A DNA stretch of 56,744 nucleotides from Gammaproteobacteria bacterium (GCA_035527955.1 DATKZN010000049.1:1-56744); one strand, 5' to 3'; positions 18,695 to 29,290 are shown, counted from the first letter of the stretch. Numbers and translations are program-made. The notes: a model not told the origin generated them from the letters alone.

Positions 18695-19348
18695 ATGCAC
18701 TCACGACCTGCAACCCGCATCGGCGGCACAGCACCGCACCTGCAGATCCGGCAGCGCGGCCGGCTCGATTACCGTGTGGCCTGGCAGGAAATGCAGGCAT
18801 TCACCGAGCAGCGCACAGTGGAAACACCGGACGAGCTGTGGTTTCTCGAACATCCCCCGGTGTTTACGCTGGGCCGCAATGGCAAGGACGAGCACCTGCT
18901 CGACCCCGGCGCTATCCCTGTCATCCGCGTGGACCGCGGCGGCCAGGTCACCTATCACGGGCCCGGCCAGCTGGTGGTCTATACTCTGCTCGACCTCAGG
19001 CGCCGGCAACTGGGTGTACAATTGCTGGTCAACCGGCTGGAACAGGCGGTGATCGACCTGCTGGCGGCGCATGACATACACGCACACCGGCTCGAGAAAG
19101 CCCCGGGCGTGTACGTCGAGGGCCGCAAGATCGCCGCACTGGGACTGCGGGTACGCAAGGGCTGCAGCTTTCACGGGCTCAGCTTCAACGTGAACATGGA
19201 CCTGGCGCCGTTCGCCCGTATCAATCCGTGCGGCTACCGCGATCTCGAGGTAACGCAGCTGGCCGACCTCGGCGTGGCGGCCACGGTGGATTCCATCAGC
19301 GGTCCGCTGCAGGCACACCTGGAAGCACTGCTGGACAACCCGACATGA
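18695..19348 (+). CDS. lipB: lipoyl(octanoyl) transferase
   Basis: Contains [27 protein letters not shown] and KIAALGLRV motifs. Confidence 0.95.
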   Translation: MHSRPATRIGGTAPHLQIRQRGRLDYRVAWQEMQAFTEQRTVETPDELWFLEHPPVFTLGRNGKDEHLLDPGAIPVIRVDRGGQVTYHGPGQLVVYTLLDLRRRQLGVQLLVNRLEQAVIDLLAAHDIHAHRLEKAPGVYVEGRKIAALGLRVRKGCSFHGLSFNVNMDLAPFARINPCGYRDLEVTQLADLGVAATVDSISGPLQAHLEALLDNPT

Positions 19349-20286
19349 CCGACATCGACAAGAAGCAGCGCGGCGCGGCCAAGACCGCGCGCATCCCGAT
19401 CAAGATCGAGACCACCACCCGCCCGCCGCGCAAGCCGGCGTGGATTCGCGCCCGTTCGCCGGCCGACCCGGCCGTGGGTCGACTCAAGGCGGTGTTACGG
19501 GAAAACCGGCTGCATACCGTGTGCGAGGAAGCGTCGTGCCCGAACCTCGGCGAATGTTTCGCCGGCGGCACCGCCACCTTCATGATCATGGGCGACATCT
19601 GCACGCGGCGCTGCCCGTTCTGCGATGTCGCGCATGGCCGACCCGACCCGCTGGACGCGGACGAGCCGGAAAACCTCGGCCGCACCATCCTCGCCATGGG
19701 CCTGCGTTATGTGGTGATTACCTCGGTGGACCGTGACGACCTGCGCGACGGCGGCGCGGCCCACTTCAGTGCCTGCATCGAGGCCATCCGCAGGCACAGC
19801 CCGGCAATCCGGATCGAGGTCCTGGTGCCGGACTTTCGCGGGCGCATGGACCGCGCGCTGGAGATCCTCAACCGCACGCCACCGGACGTCTTCAACCACA
19901 ACCTGGAGACAGTACCGGGCCTGTATAAAAAGGTCCGCCCCGGTTCCGACTACGAATGGTCACTCGACCTGCTCGCGCGCTTCAAGGCGCTGCACCCGGG
20001 TGTGCCGACCAAGTCCGGGCTGATGCTCGGTGTCGGCGAGGAAATCGACGAGGTGGAACAGGTCATGCGCGACCTGCGCGCGCACGATTGCGACATGCTG
20101 ACGCTGGGCCAGTACCTGCAGCCGAGCGTGCATCACCTGCCGGTCACGCGCTTCGTACACCCGGATGAATTCGACCGCCTCGGCGAGCTGGGCCGCCAGC
20201 TGGGCTTCACCCACGTCGCCAGCGGGCCGATGGTGCGTTCCTCCTACCATGCCGACCAGCAGGCGAAACAGGCACTGCACGACTAG
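19345..20286 (+). CDS. lipA: lipoyl synthase
   Basis: Start at MTDIDKK, overlapping the lipB stop (ATGA). Contains [12 protein letters not shown] and the radical-SAM CTRRCPFC cluster. The TAG stop lies inside the MITE terminal CTAG. Confidence 0.95.
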   Translation: MTDIDKKQRGAAKTARIPIKIETTTRPPRKPAWIRARSPADPAVGRLKAVLRENRLHTVCEEASCPNLGECFAGGTATFMIMGDICTRRCPFCDVAHGRPDPLDADEPENLGRTILAMGLRYVVITSVDRDDLRDGGAAHFSACIEAIRRHSPAIRIEVLVPDFRGRMDRALEILNRTPPDVFNHNLETVPGLYKKVRPGSDYEWSLDLLARFKALHPGVPTKSGLMLGVGEEIDEVEQVMRDLRAHDCDMLTLGQYLQPSVHHLPVTRFVHPDEFDRLGELGRQLGFTHVASGPMVRSSYHADQQAKQALHD

Positions 20287-20686
20287 CCCGCATTTCTCAC
20301 CGGGATCCCGCAAGCTGGCGCAGGGCTCGTGTGACCGGACGCCGCTCTGGAATGAAGGACCCGCTCGAGGCGCAGAGCAGGGGCCCCGGCGTAGCCGGGG
20401 ATGCTACCGCCGGTGGGCGGGATGTCGCTTCGAATGCCACCGCGGGTCTTCGCTTCACCGGGGGTCAGATCCCCACCGCTGCGCGGCGGGGCCCCTCTTC
20501 CGCCCCTCGAAGCGATGCAGCCGTAGCTACCACTTGAATGAAGAGCAAGTTTGGGTGCACGAGAACCAGCCAGGGCCGGGATAGGCACGTTCCGATGACA
20601 CACTGTTTGTTACTGGATGGGCATCACTTTCATGATTTCAATTCTGCTAGTCCGTCAACAGCCGCCCGGTGAGAAATGCGGGCTAG
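20283..20686. mobile_element. MITE copy 1 (composite, 404 bp), carrying a nested second element
   Basis: The termini CTAGCCCGCATTTCTCACCGGG ... CCCGGTGAGAAATGCGGGCTAG are inverted repeats. The core is homologous to the copy at 29291. No credible ORF. Confidence 0.8.
20305..20577. mobile_element. nested GC-rich inverted-repeat element inside MITE copy 1 (about 273 bp, boundaries +/- 7 nt)
   Basis: Shares both ends and a central block with the insert at 49599-49764, which lies in the opposite orientation. Its ends are imperfect inverted repeats, and ATCCCGG occurs on both flanks. Confidence 0.6.
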
Positions 20687-20701
20687 GCGCGTACCGCTGC
20701 G

Positions 20702-21712
20702 CTACTGCTCGGGCAACAAGCGCTCCATCAGGTAACCCAGGCAATCCTGGCGGATGACGCGCTCGTCGAGGGTAAACATGGATGGCATGAAGGGACGCAC
20801 GGTACGCAGCACACCCTCATTGAAGGCGAAGTAGCGCTCGAATACCGGCTGATCATCGTCGTCGCGCACATCCAGCGACACGTCGGCACCCGCACGTGGC
20901 CAGCCCAGTTGCGTGCCGGCCGGCAATTCGCGGAAGTTCAGGTGGTCGATATTATCGACCAGCCGCAGGTCCACCGACTCATCGCCAAAACCGAAACTCA
21001 CCTCGTCCGGCACCTTGACGATGGCCACGGTATGGAACAGGTCGACGTCGTGAGACGCCACCGGGTGTTCCGGTATCGCGCTCATATGCAGGCAGGCATC
21101 GAGATATTCGCGTGCGTGCTCGGCGCCGTATTCGTGGCTGGGCTTGCCGCACTCGAGGGTCACGGCCGGACACACGGACGACATTGCCATCGACTGCACA
21201 CCGAGCGGGCGGATGAAATACACCACCGTGCGGCTGAACAGCGACGCCAGCTGCAGGAAGCGGTTGTCGACCCGGTTGATGCAGGCGTAGTGCGGATTGA
21301 TGCCGGTGTTGTTGTGCAGATCGATGCTGGCGAAGGCCTCGCGGGCGCGCATGCCGTCCACCACCTGCTGCATCATGGCCGCCTCCGGCGTCTCCGGCAT
21401 GAGCGTGCCGGGCCACACCCGGTTGTAGTCGGGCTGCCCGTCGAGGCGGCGCAGCCCCTGGCTGGCAGCCGAGACGTTGCCGATGAACACCGACAGCGCG
21501 CGCGGCAGGCCACCGTCACGGTATTTCTGCAGCAGCGACTGCACGGCGTAGAAACCGGTGCTCTCGTTGCCGTGTGCCAGCACCGAGACGAACAGCGGCT
21601 CCGGATGCCGTCCCGGCAGGTGCAGCAGGGTCGGGCCGCCCAGCAGGTCCTGCAGGCCCTCGACCTTCGCATCCAGCAGCCCCGCGGGCAAGTCTTCGAT
21701 TTCGTTCAGCAT
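20702..21712 (-). CDS. M14-family zinc peptidase-like protein (succinylglutamate desuccinylase/aspartoacylase type)
   Basis: Trimmed to MLNEIEDLP. Contains VLAHGNESTG (the HxxE zinc motif region) and IDLHNNTG, typical of the AstE/AspA branch. Confidence 0.8.
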   Translation of the reverse strand: MLNEIEDLPAGLLDAKVEGLQDLLGGPTLLHLPGRHPEPLFVSVLAHGNESTGFYAVQSLLQKYRDGGLPRALSVFIGNVSAASQGLRRLDGQPDYNRVWPGTLMPETPEAAMMQQVVDGMRAREAFASIDLHNNTGINPHYACINRVDNRFLQLASLFSRTVVYFIRPLGVQSMAMSSVCPAVTLECGKPSHEYGAEHAREYLDACLHMSAIPEHPVASHDVDLFHTVAIVKVPDEVSFGFGDESVDLRLVDNIDHLNFRELPAGTQLGWPRAGADVSLDVRDDDDQPVFERYFAFNEGVLRTVRPFMPSMFTLDERVIRQDCLGYLMERLLPEQ

Positions 21713-21771
21713 GTCACTTGTCCGTTCCGGAGAAGCGGTAATTGCAGCAGCTCTCGCCGCCTGCTGCAACC

Positions 21772-21899
21772 CTAGCCCGCATTTCTCACCGGGCGGCAGT
21801 CGTTTCACATAATCAGCTGAAATGATGGAAGTGATGCCAGTTCGGCACAAAACAGTGTGTCAACGGGCATTGCCTATCCCGGTGAGAAATGCGGGCTAG
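21772..21899. mobile_element. MITE copy 2 (128 bp, perfect 22-bp TIRs)
   Basis: CTAGCCCGCATTTCTCACCGGG at the left end has its exact reverse complement at the right end. The core is near-identical to the copy at 49488. Lies in the spacer between the GCS2 and M14 genes. Confidence 0.85.
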
Positions 21900-23332
21900 T
21901 CATCGGGCCATTCGTGCACCGGCCGGCCGCCGTCCTGGTGCACGCGATAGGCCTGCGTCATGGCCTGCAGGTCACGCCCGAGCCGCCCGGCGCAGGCGCG
22001 CTGCCAGGCGGCGCCGGTCCGGCCGCTCGCGACCCGCGCCTCGATGATGCCCAGGTAGCGCTCGATGTCGGCACGGTCGATCTCCAGTTCCTGCAGCCCC
22101 TTGCGGGCCATGGGCAGCAGTTGCTCGCTGACCAGTGCGCGCAGCGTGCCGCGCGCGTCGTCGAACCAGTGCACCTGCGCGTCCAGGCCGCGCTGGGCGG
22201 CGGCGTAGAAACTGTCGCGTGCACTTGCGAACGGCAGCCGCCGCTCGGGCGGGGTGTCCTGCGTCATCAGGGTCTGCATCAGGCCGTTGTAGAACGCGGC
22301 ATTGGCGATCATGTCGACGATGGTCGGCCCGGCCGGAATTACCCGGTGCTCGATCCGCAGGTGCGGCATGCCATCGTAGTCGAAACCGATCAGCGGCCGG
22401 TTCCAGCGCCAGATGGTACCGTTGTGCAGGCGGACGTGCGCCATCTGCTCCAGCCCGTCCCGATAATGCATCGGCAGCATGACCGGGTAGTGCTGCGCGT
22501 TCTCGATAAAGCATTCCATGAGCGAATCGCGCACATAGCCCGAGCCGAAGGTCACGCGCCGCAGCGGTCCCTGGCTGGCACCTGCCAGCCCGCCGACCGC
22601 CACTGACTGTTCGAACAGCGGCACACGGGTCTCCTCCCACAACTCGCGACCGAACAGGAAAGGCGAGTTCGCCGCCACCGCCACCAGCGGCGCCGAGGCG
22701 ATGATGGAGGCATTATAGGCGCGCGCCGCGCGGTCAGGACGTACTTTAAGGTGCAGCTGGAACGAGGTGGTGGCCGCTTCCATCATGACACTGTGGTGCA
22801 CGGTCTTGAGATGTTCGCGACCATTGATGTCGAGCCGCAGCGGTTCACCCTCGCGCAGGCGCAGCACCTGTTCGTTGAGGGCTCGGTAACGCTTCAGGTC
22901 CGACATGTTTTCCTGGCACAGCTCGCTTTCCTGCACCGTCGGCAGGATGCCGATCATTACCAGTCCGGCATCCAGTTCCTGCGCGACACGCGCGCACTGC
23001 CGCCAGGTCGCACCGAGACTGGCCTCGAAGCGACTGAACGCGGAACCCCACAGGTGTTGCGGGTGGTCGTTGAGCTCGACGTTGAAACGCGCGAGCTCGG
23101 GCACCACCATGGGATTGCCGAGCTTTTTGAGAAATACCTCGTTGATCGGTGCGGGGCGTGCAGTCTCGTCGACCAGCCACGCCTCGAGCTCGAAACCGCC
23201 CATGCAGTCACGCGCGGAAAAGCTGCCGGCGCGGAACCACTCGGCAAGCAATGCCGTCTCCGCCTGCAGGCGCTGTTCGAACTCCGCGAAATCCCCGGCG
23301 TCGAAACTGATGACCTCGATTTCCTGACCCAT
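21896..23332 (-). CDS. glutamate--cysteine ligase family 2 (GCS2) / carboxylate-amine ligase-like protein
   Basis: 478 aa. GGFELEAWLVD, NVELNDHP and TSFQLHLKV are GCS2-type motifs. The stop codon (21896-21898) lies inside the MITE terminal CTAG. Confidence 0.8.
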   Translation of the reverse strand: MGQEIEVISFDAGDFAEFEQRLQAETALLAEWFRAGSFSARDCMGGFELEAWLVDETARPAPINEVFLKKLGNPMVVPELARFNVELNDHPQHLWGSAFSRFEASLGATWRQCARVAQELDAGLVMIGILPTVQESELCQENMSDLKRYRALNEQVLRLREGEPLRLDINGREHLKTVHHSVMMEAATTSFQLHLKVRPDRAARAYNASIIASAPLVAVAANSPFLFGRELWEETRVPLFEQSVAVGGLAGASQGPLRRVTFGSGYVRDSLMECFIENAQHYPVMLPMHYRDGLEQMAHVRLHNGTIWRWNRPLIGFDYDGMPHLRIEHRVIPAGPTIVDMIANAAFYNGLMQTLMTQDTPPERRLPFASARDSFYAAAQRGLDAQVHWFDDARGTLRALVSEQLLPMARKGLQELEIDRADIERYLGIIEARVASGRTGAAWQRACAGRLGRDLQAMTQAYRVHQDGGRPVHEWPDD

Positions 23333-23510
23333 ATCCGGTCAGCCTGAATAATGCACCGGTCGGCCGCAGCCTGACCTGTGATCGATTGGGGATGTAAGTG
23401 TTTCGTACATGACTCGGCAACTTCCCATAGTTAAAGTTCGCAATGGCCCGCGGCCTGGCAGGGCTAGCGTCCCCGCCGGCGGCCGGCTTGATCGTGACTA
23501 AGCCGCAAGT

Positions 23511-25222
<1,712 letters not shown>

Positions 25223-25229
25223 GTCAGTG

Positions 25230-25616
25230 TCACTCCTTGTTATTCAGCGCCTGCGCGAGGTCGTGCTCGACGACCGGCAACGGCAGCACGGCATGCAGCG
25301 GGAACAGTGCCGCCAGCTTGTCCACGTACTGCAGCTCGCCCCGCTCCACCAGCACGATGATACGGGCATTCGGGGAATATTTCTGCAGGCTGTAGAGAAA
25401 TACGTCCAGGTTACTGACGTTCACGCCCGCGTAGTTATTACCATAGCCATACATGAACTCCGCAACCACGACATCCGGCCGCTGCGACTTCAGCGCGCCG
25501 ATCGCCTTGCGCATGGACGCGTAGCGCAGTTCCCTGAACCCGAGCCGCGTATACAGGTGGGAGTAGTCGCGATGCGCGGGTGATTCGATGATGGAGAACA
25601 GGACCGGGGCAGCCAT
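25230..25616 (-). CDS. hypothetical protein (128 aa), 7 nt upstream of hemH
   Basis: Trimmed to MAAPVLFSIIESPAH. The alternating beta-alpha pattern suggests a flavodoxin/receiver-like fold, but no phospho-acceptor motif was recognised. Confidence 0.5.
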   Translation of the reverse strand: MAAPVLFSIIESPAHRDYSHLYTRLGFRELRYASMRKAIGALKSQRPDVVVAEFMYGYGNNYAGVNVSNLDVFLYSLQKYSPNARIIVLVERGELQYVDKLAALFPLHAVLPLPVVEHDLAQALNNKE

Positions 25617-25988
25617 GCACTGGATTATACCCGTTCCGTGCAACCGGAACGGCGCACGGAGTACACCCTTCGCCCGTTCCGATGCAGAGCGCAGTAGCCC
25701 TGTATCTGTGTTTCCGTGTAATTCCGCGGCCATTATCAATCGAACAGGCCTGCGCTCCTGCGCCATCAGATGCATCGGGTAGGAGCGGATGCGGTCCGCG
25801 AACGAATCTACCGTCGCTGTTCGCGCGATGTACAGGGAGAAGGTGAGACCGTTTTCACGGGCATGGCCCGGGTCGAGAAGCTGGCCTGGGCCATGTACGA
25901 GTGCCGCGCAAGGGCAGGATCCACGCAGCGGCCATGCCCGCGCACCTGACCCAGAAGCAGCACCTGCAGAGACCCCCGACGGCGCCGG

Positions 25989-26648
25989 TTACGGAAACAC
26001 CGTCACCGGGTCGCCCTCCCGCCAGGGCGGATATTTCTGCATCACGCCGGCAAACAGCGCCGAGTGCAACAGCCGCTCGAGCCACTCCTGGAGGTGCGGG
26101 TACGGCGCCTGCCGGAACCCGTCGGCATCGACCAGCGAGAACTGGCGCACGAAGGGAAAGATCGCCACATCAGCCACGCCCATGCGCACGCCGGACAGCC
26201 AGTCATCCCGCGTCAGCTGGCACTCGAGCCTGTCCAGGAAGCGCTCACCCAGGGCACGGTAGTGCGCGGCCGGGTGCTCCGGATGGCGTTCCGCGTACTT
26301 GTAGCGGTCGAGCGCCTGTTTGAAACTCCCGTCGTTCTCGTTGAGCAGCGACAGCAGCTCCGCCCGCTGCACCGGCGTCACCGGCCGCCACAGGTCCGGA
26401 TCGTGTTGTGCCAGCGCCCAGTCGATGATGTCACGGCTCTCCTCCAGCACCTGCCCGTCCGGCAGCACCAGCACCGGCACCGTGCCCTTCGGCGAGCACT
26501 GCAGCAGCGCCGCCGGCATCTCACGCAACACCACCTCGCGCAGGGCGACGGACAGGCCGCTGTAGCTGATCGCCATGCGCGCACGCATGGCGTAGGGACA
26601 GCGTCGAAACGAATACAGCACGGGCAGCTCGTGTTGCACTGAAATCAT
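25989..26648 (-). CDS. glutathione S-transferase family protein
   Basis: Trimmed to MISVQHELPVLYSFRRCPYAMRARMAI. Contains KGTVPVLVLPDGQVLEESRDIIDW, the GST N-domain G-site. Confidence 0.85.
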   Translation of the reverse strand: MISVQHELPVLYSFRRCPYAMRARMAISYSGLSVALREVVLREMPAALLQCSPKGTVPVLVLPDGQVLEESRDIIDWALAQHDPDLWRPVTPVQRAELLSLLNENDGSFKQALDRYKYAERHPEHPAAHYRALGERFLDRLECQLTRDDWLSGVRMGVADVAIFPFVRQFSLVDADGFRQAPYPHLQEWLERLLHSALFAGVMQKYPPWREGDPVTVFP

Positions 26649-26811
26649 ACCGGCAGACGGGAGACAGGGGATCTCATTCAAGGAAACTCTGACGAATACG
26701 TCATTGCAAACGCGGCGTTCAGGGAAGTACAGGTGTCGCTCTCGAACATGGCCAAGACCATACCGTCAGCGGCCAGTACAGCAACCCTCACCTGATTGAT
26801 CGTGAATTCAC

Positions 26812-26839
26812 GGGATTGCTTCGCTGCGCCCGCAATGAC
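26812..26839. repeat. short palindromic intergenic element (GGGATTGCTTCGCTGCGCCCGCAATGAC)
   Basis: Its reverse complement matches 24 of 28 nt of the element at 34283-34310. Both lie just downstream of a minus-strand CDS. Confidence 0.4.
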
Positions 26840-26854
26840 TGAATAGCACCATGC

Positions 26855-27154
26855 CTATAGCGAAAACCCGCCCGGCCACAGCCTGATACCGAGATAGAGA
26901 AAGACGGCCGCCAGCAACGCGCAGCCAAGCACGGACAGCAGCAGGCCGCGCTGCATGCCCCGCGCCAGCAGCGTGTTGATGCCGATGCCGGCGCCGATGG
27001 CGGTGACGAAGAAACCGAATTCGTTCACGATCAGCAATGTCAGCACCGGTAGCCGGTAGGCCTCTGCCGGTCCCAGCGCACCCGACCCGGTCAGGCCGAA
27101 CGCGACCAGCAAGCCGAGGCCGAGCGCCAGCCACGGAAACGGCAAATTAGCCAT
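26855..27154 (-). CDS. small membrane protein (99 aa, three TM helices)
   Basis: Trimmed to MANLPFPWLALGLGLLVAF. Its start overlaps the stop of the yjdF-like gene by 8 nt. Confidence 0.55.
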   Translation of the reverse strand: MANLPFPWLALGLGLLVAFGLTGSGALGPAEAYRLPVLTLLIVNEFGFFVTAIGAGIGINTLLARGMQRGLLLSVLGCALLAAVFLYLGIRLWPGGFSL

Positions 27155-27758
27155 GCGCATCTCCCCTGATGAAGTCCTGCAACTGGCGGTCATGATACCG
27201 GCTCAAAACCAGCAGCGAGACCACCGCGCCCAGCAGCGCCCAGCCCATGTCGGACTGCGTGTCCCAGATATAGCCCTGCGTACCGAGGAACGCTTCGGCT
27301 GCCTCGTCCGACAGCAGCGCGACCCACCACTCAACCAGTTCGTAGAATGCACTGAAGGCCAGGCAGAAACACAGCACGAAAAAGTTCAGCCACATGCGGC
27401 CATTGACCACGGCATTGCGGAACAGGATCTCGCGCGCCAGGAGCGCCGGTACAAAGCCCTGCACGAAATGTCCGACCTTGTCGTAGTTATTGCGCCCGAG
27501 TTCGAATGCAGTATCGAGCCAGTCGAACAGCGGCACCTTCGCGTAGGTATAGTGACCACCCACCATCAGGATGATGCAGTGCACCAGCACCAGCGCATAG
27601 GCCAGCCCGGTAAGCGGGAAGCGGCGCCGCGTCAGCAGCAGAACGACCAGGCCGATGAGTGCGGGTGCGACCTCGAGGAACCAGGTAAAATAATCCGCCG
27701 GCTCGATGGCCGACCAGATCAGCACCAGGGAATATACGGACAACCAGGGCAGCGACAT
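27147..27758 (-). CDS. YjdF-family (DUF2238) inner membrane protein
   Basis: 203 aa and multi-TM. NNYDKVGHFVQGFVPALLAREIL and AFYELVEWWVA are patterns seen in DUF2238 proteins. Confidence 0.8.
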   Translation of the reverse strand: MSLPWLSVYSLVLIWSAIEPADYFTWFLEVAPALIGLVVLLLTRRRFPLTGLAYALVLVHCIILMVGGHYTYAKVPLFDWLDTAFELGRNNYDKVGHFVQGFVPALLAREILFRNAVVNGRMWLNFFVLCFCLAFSAFYELVEWWVALLSDEAAEAFLGTQGYIWDTQSDMGWALLGAVVSLLVLSRYHDRQLQDFIRGDAHG

Positions 27759-27834
27759 GGCGGGACACGCTCTGTAGAAAGCAGCAACTTTATGTCAGCG
27801 GCTCGCGCATTGACAAGCCGCCACCCCGGCCGGA

Positions 27835-28479
27835 TCAATCCAGCAGCGGGCGAAAGAAGGCCGCGGCAAAGTGGACCGCGTCCGGGAGGTCGAATATGTC
27901 GATGTGCCCGGGATCTTCCTGTCGCCACGCCTCGGCCATGGCCCGATCGTACAGAAACACCATCTCCATGCACAGGGTCTGTGCCGCACAACCGGAGGTA
28001 CTCTGCCAGCGGATACCGACCCGGGGTCTGGCCGGCTGCGCGTCCGTCACCTGCGCACCCTGCATGAGGATCCTGATCGGCCGCTTGCTGACGTGGCAGC
28101 GCGAGTCGATACGCGTGCCGGTTTCGAACATCGGCGCGACCGCGAGCGCATCCAGGGCGCACATGGCGTGCACGGCATGGCCGTTGACCTGCACGCGATG
28201 CGCGCGCGGCTCGGCCGTGAACGGATAGGCGCCGGCCACCCCGCTTCGGTCCGGCGTCAGCACAATGAGATCATCGCCGGCCAGGTGCGCGAGCGCCGCA
28301 TCGGCATCACCGAGACCGGGCCGCGCGGCGATCTGCGCACGCGTGGGCGGCGCGCCGGCCTCGGCAAATCCGCGCAGGATGTCCCGGTGCAACGCGCGCA
28401 AGGACGGGGCGAGGGCCAGCTGCCGGTCCTTCAATGGCAACAGGCTGTTCAGGTGATCGATGGCGGCGGCAATGCTCAC
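27835..28479 (-). CDS. organomercurial (alkylmercury) lyase MerB-family protein
   Basis: 214 aa. HAMCALDALAVAPMF parallels the MerB Cys96-x-x-Asp99 catalytic segment, and a second Cys lies in QTLCMEMVF. No merR, merT, merP or merA is present in the window. Confidence 0.75.
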   Translation of the reverse strand: MSIAAAIDHLNSLLPLKDRQLALAPSLRALHRDILRGFAEAGAPPTRAQIAARPGLGDADAALAHLAGDDLIVLTPDRSGVAGAYPFTAEPRAHRVQVNGHAVHAMCALDALAVAPMFETGTRIDSRCHVSKRPIRILMQGAQVTDAQPARPRVGIRWQSTSGCAAQTLCMEMVFLYDRAMAEAWRQEDPGHIDIFDLPDAVHFAAAFFRPLLD

Positions 28480-28864
28480 GGGACACTCCTTGCAATAGGT
28501 CGGTTAACGGTGAGAATGACAAGGTGCAGTAGCATCGATTGATATGCTAATTATCTAATTCATATATTGAATCAAGTGCTTGCATATAGTCTCAGGCCAC
28601 GACGCACGAGATGTCACCAGGCGGAGACATCCGCCAACACCCAATGGCGGGCGTATCGGACAGTTTAGACACGCCCCGTCGTTAGACCGCGACAGATTCT
28701 ACCGTGGCACCCTCAACCAGCCGCTGCGCGTGCCAATGCGATTGCGCCAGTGGAATGAATTGACAGGATTTTTCCACCATTGGCCCGCACCTTGCAAAGG
28801 GTTGCATGCGCAGCAGCGCAGCGATCCCGACAGGGACCCCGATTGGATAGATTTGGAGAGTGCT

Positions 28865-29116
28865 ATGACGAAATTATTGATGACAGTGGTTTTCCTTGGC
28901 GCCAGCGGCCTTGCCCAGGCTGAAGATATCAGCTCAGTACCGTTTAATGATCTGGATGTCGATCGGGACGATGCCCTGTCCTTGTCTGAAGCAGGCGCAT
29001 TACCTCAAATTACCGCTCAATGGCAGTCCCTGGACCAGGACGGTGACGGCAAACTGAATCGCGGCGAATACGCCGGCTACGAAACCCCGGCACCGGCCGC
29101 AGGCGCGAAGTACTAA
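28865..29116 (+). CDS. secreted EF-hand calcium-binding protein (83 aa)
   Basis: Trimmed to MTKLLMTVVFLGASGLAQA, with GGAGAG 5 nt upstream. Two EF-hand loops are present (DLDVDRDDALSLSE and DQDGDGKLNRGEY). Confidence 0.75.
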   Translation: MTKLLMTVVFLGASGLAQAEDISSVPFNDLDVDRDDALSLSEAGALPQITAQWQSLDQDGDGKLNRGEYAGYETPAPAAGAKY

Positions 29117-29290
29117 CCGAACTGCAACCTCCTCCGTTCCATTGTACAAGGCAGACAATGGTGCGTGCTTCCCCTGCACGCAAGACTACAGGGATGTTTT
29201 CCGGGGGCGGCGGTCTCGTTGACAGCCGCCGTCTCCTTTTTTTTCCGTGTAATGCCGACAAGCCGACCAGGCAGCACGGCCGTGCCGTCA

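Noticed and set aside
20420-20450. tRNA-like T-loop string GCTTCGAATGCC inside the nested element.
   Set aside because: It does not match GGTTCGAATCC, and I could not fold a cloverleaf or acceptor stem around it.
21810-21830. A perfect TTGACA hexamer inside MITE copies 2 and 4 (minus-strand reading) as an outward promoter toward the M14 gene.
   Set aside because: No acceptable -10 hexamer lies 16-19 nt downstream.
25825-25838. A 14-mer (GCGATGTACAGGGA) here and a 19-of-20 match at 26720-26739, both shared with the nested element at 49628-49655. These could be extra fragments of that element.
   Set aside because: By a rough pair-count estimate, exact 14-mers are expected by chance in a 57-kb GC-biased window, and the 19-of-20 match is only borderline. 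I do not claim homology without a genome-wide alignment.
27835-28479. A mercury resistance operon.
   Set aside because: Only a merB-like gene is present. No merR, merT, merP or merA appears in any frame nearby.
28580-29116. 178-aa extended form of the EF-hand protein.
   Set aside because: The N-terminal 95 residues are Arg/Pro/His-rich with no coding bias. A GGAGAG SD and a signal peptide mark the real start at 28865.
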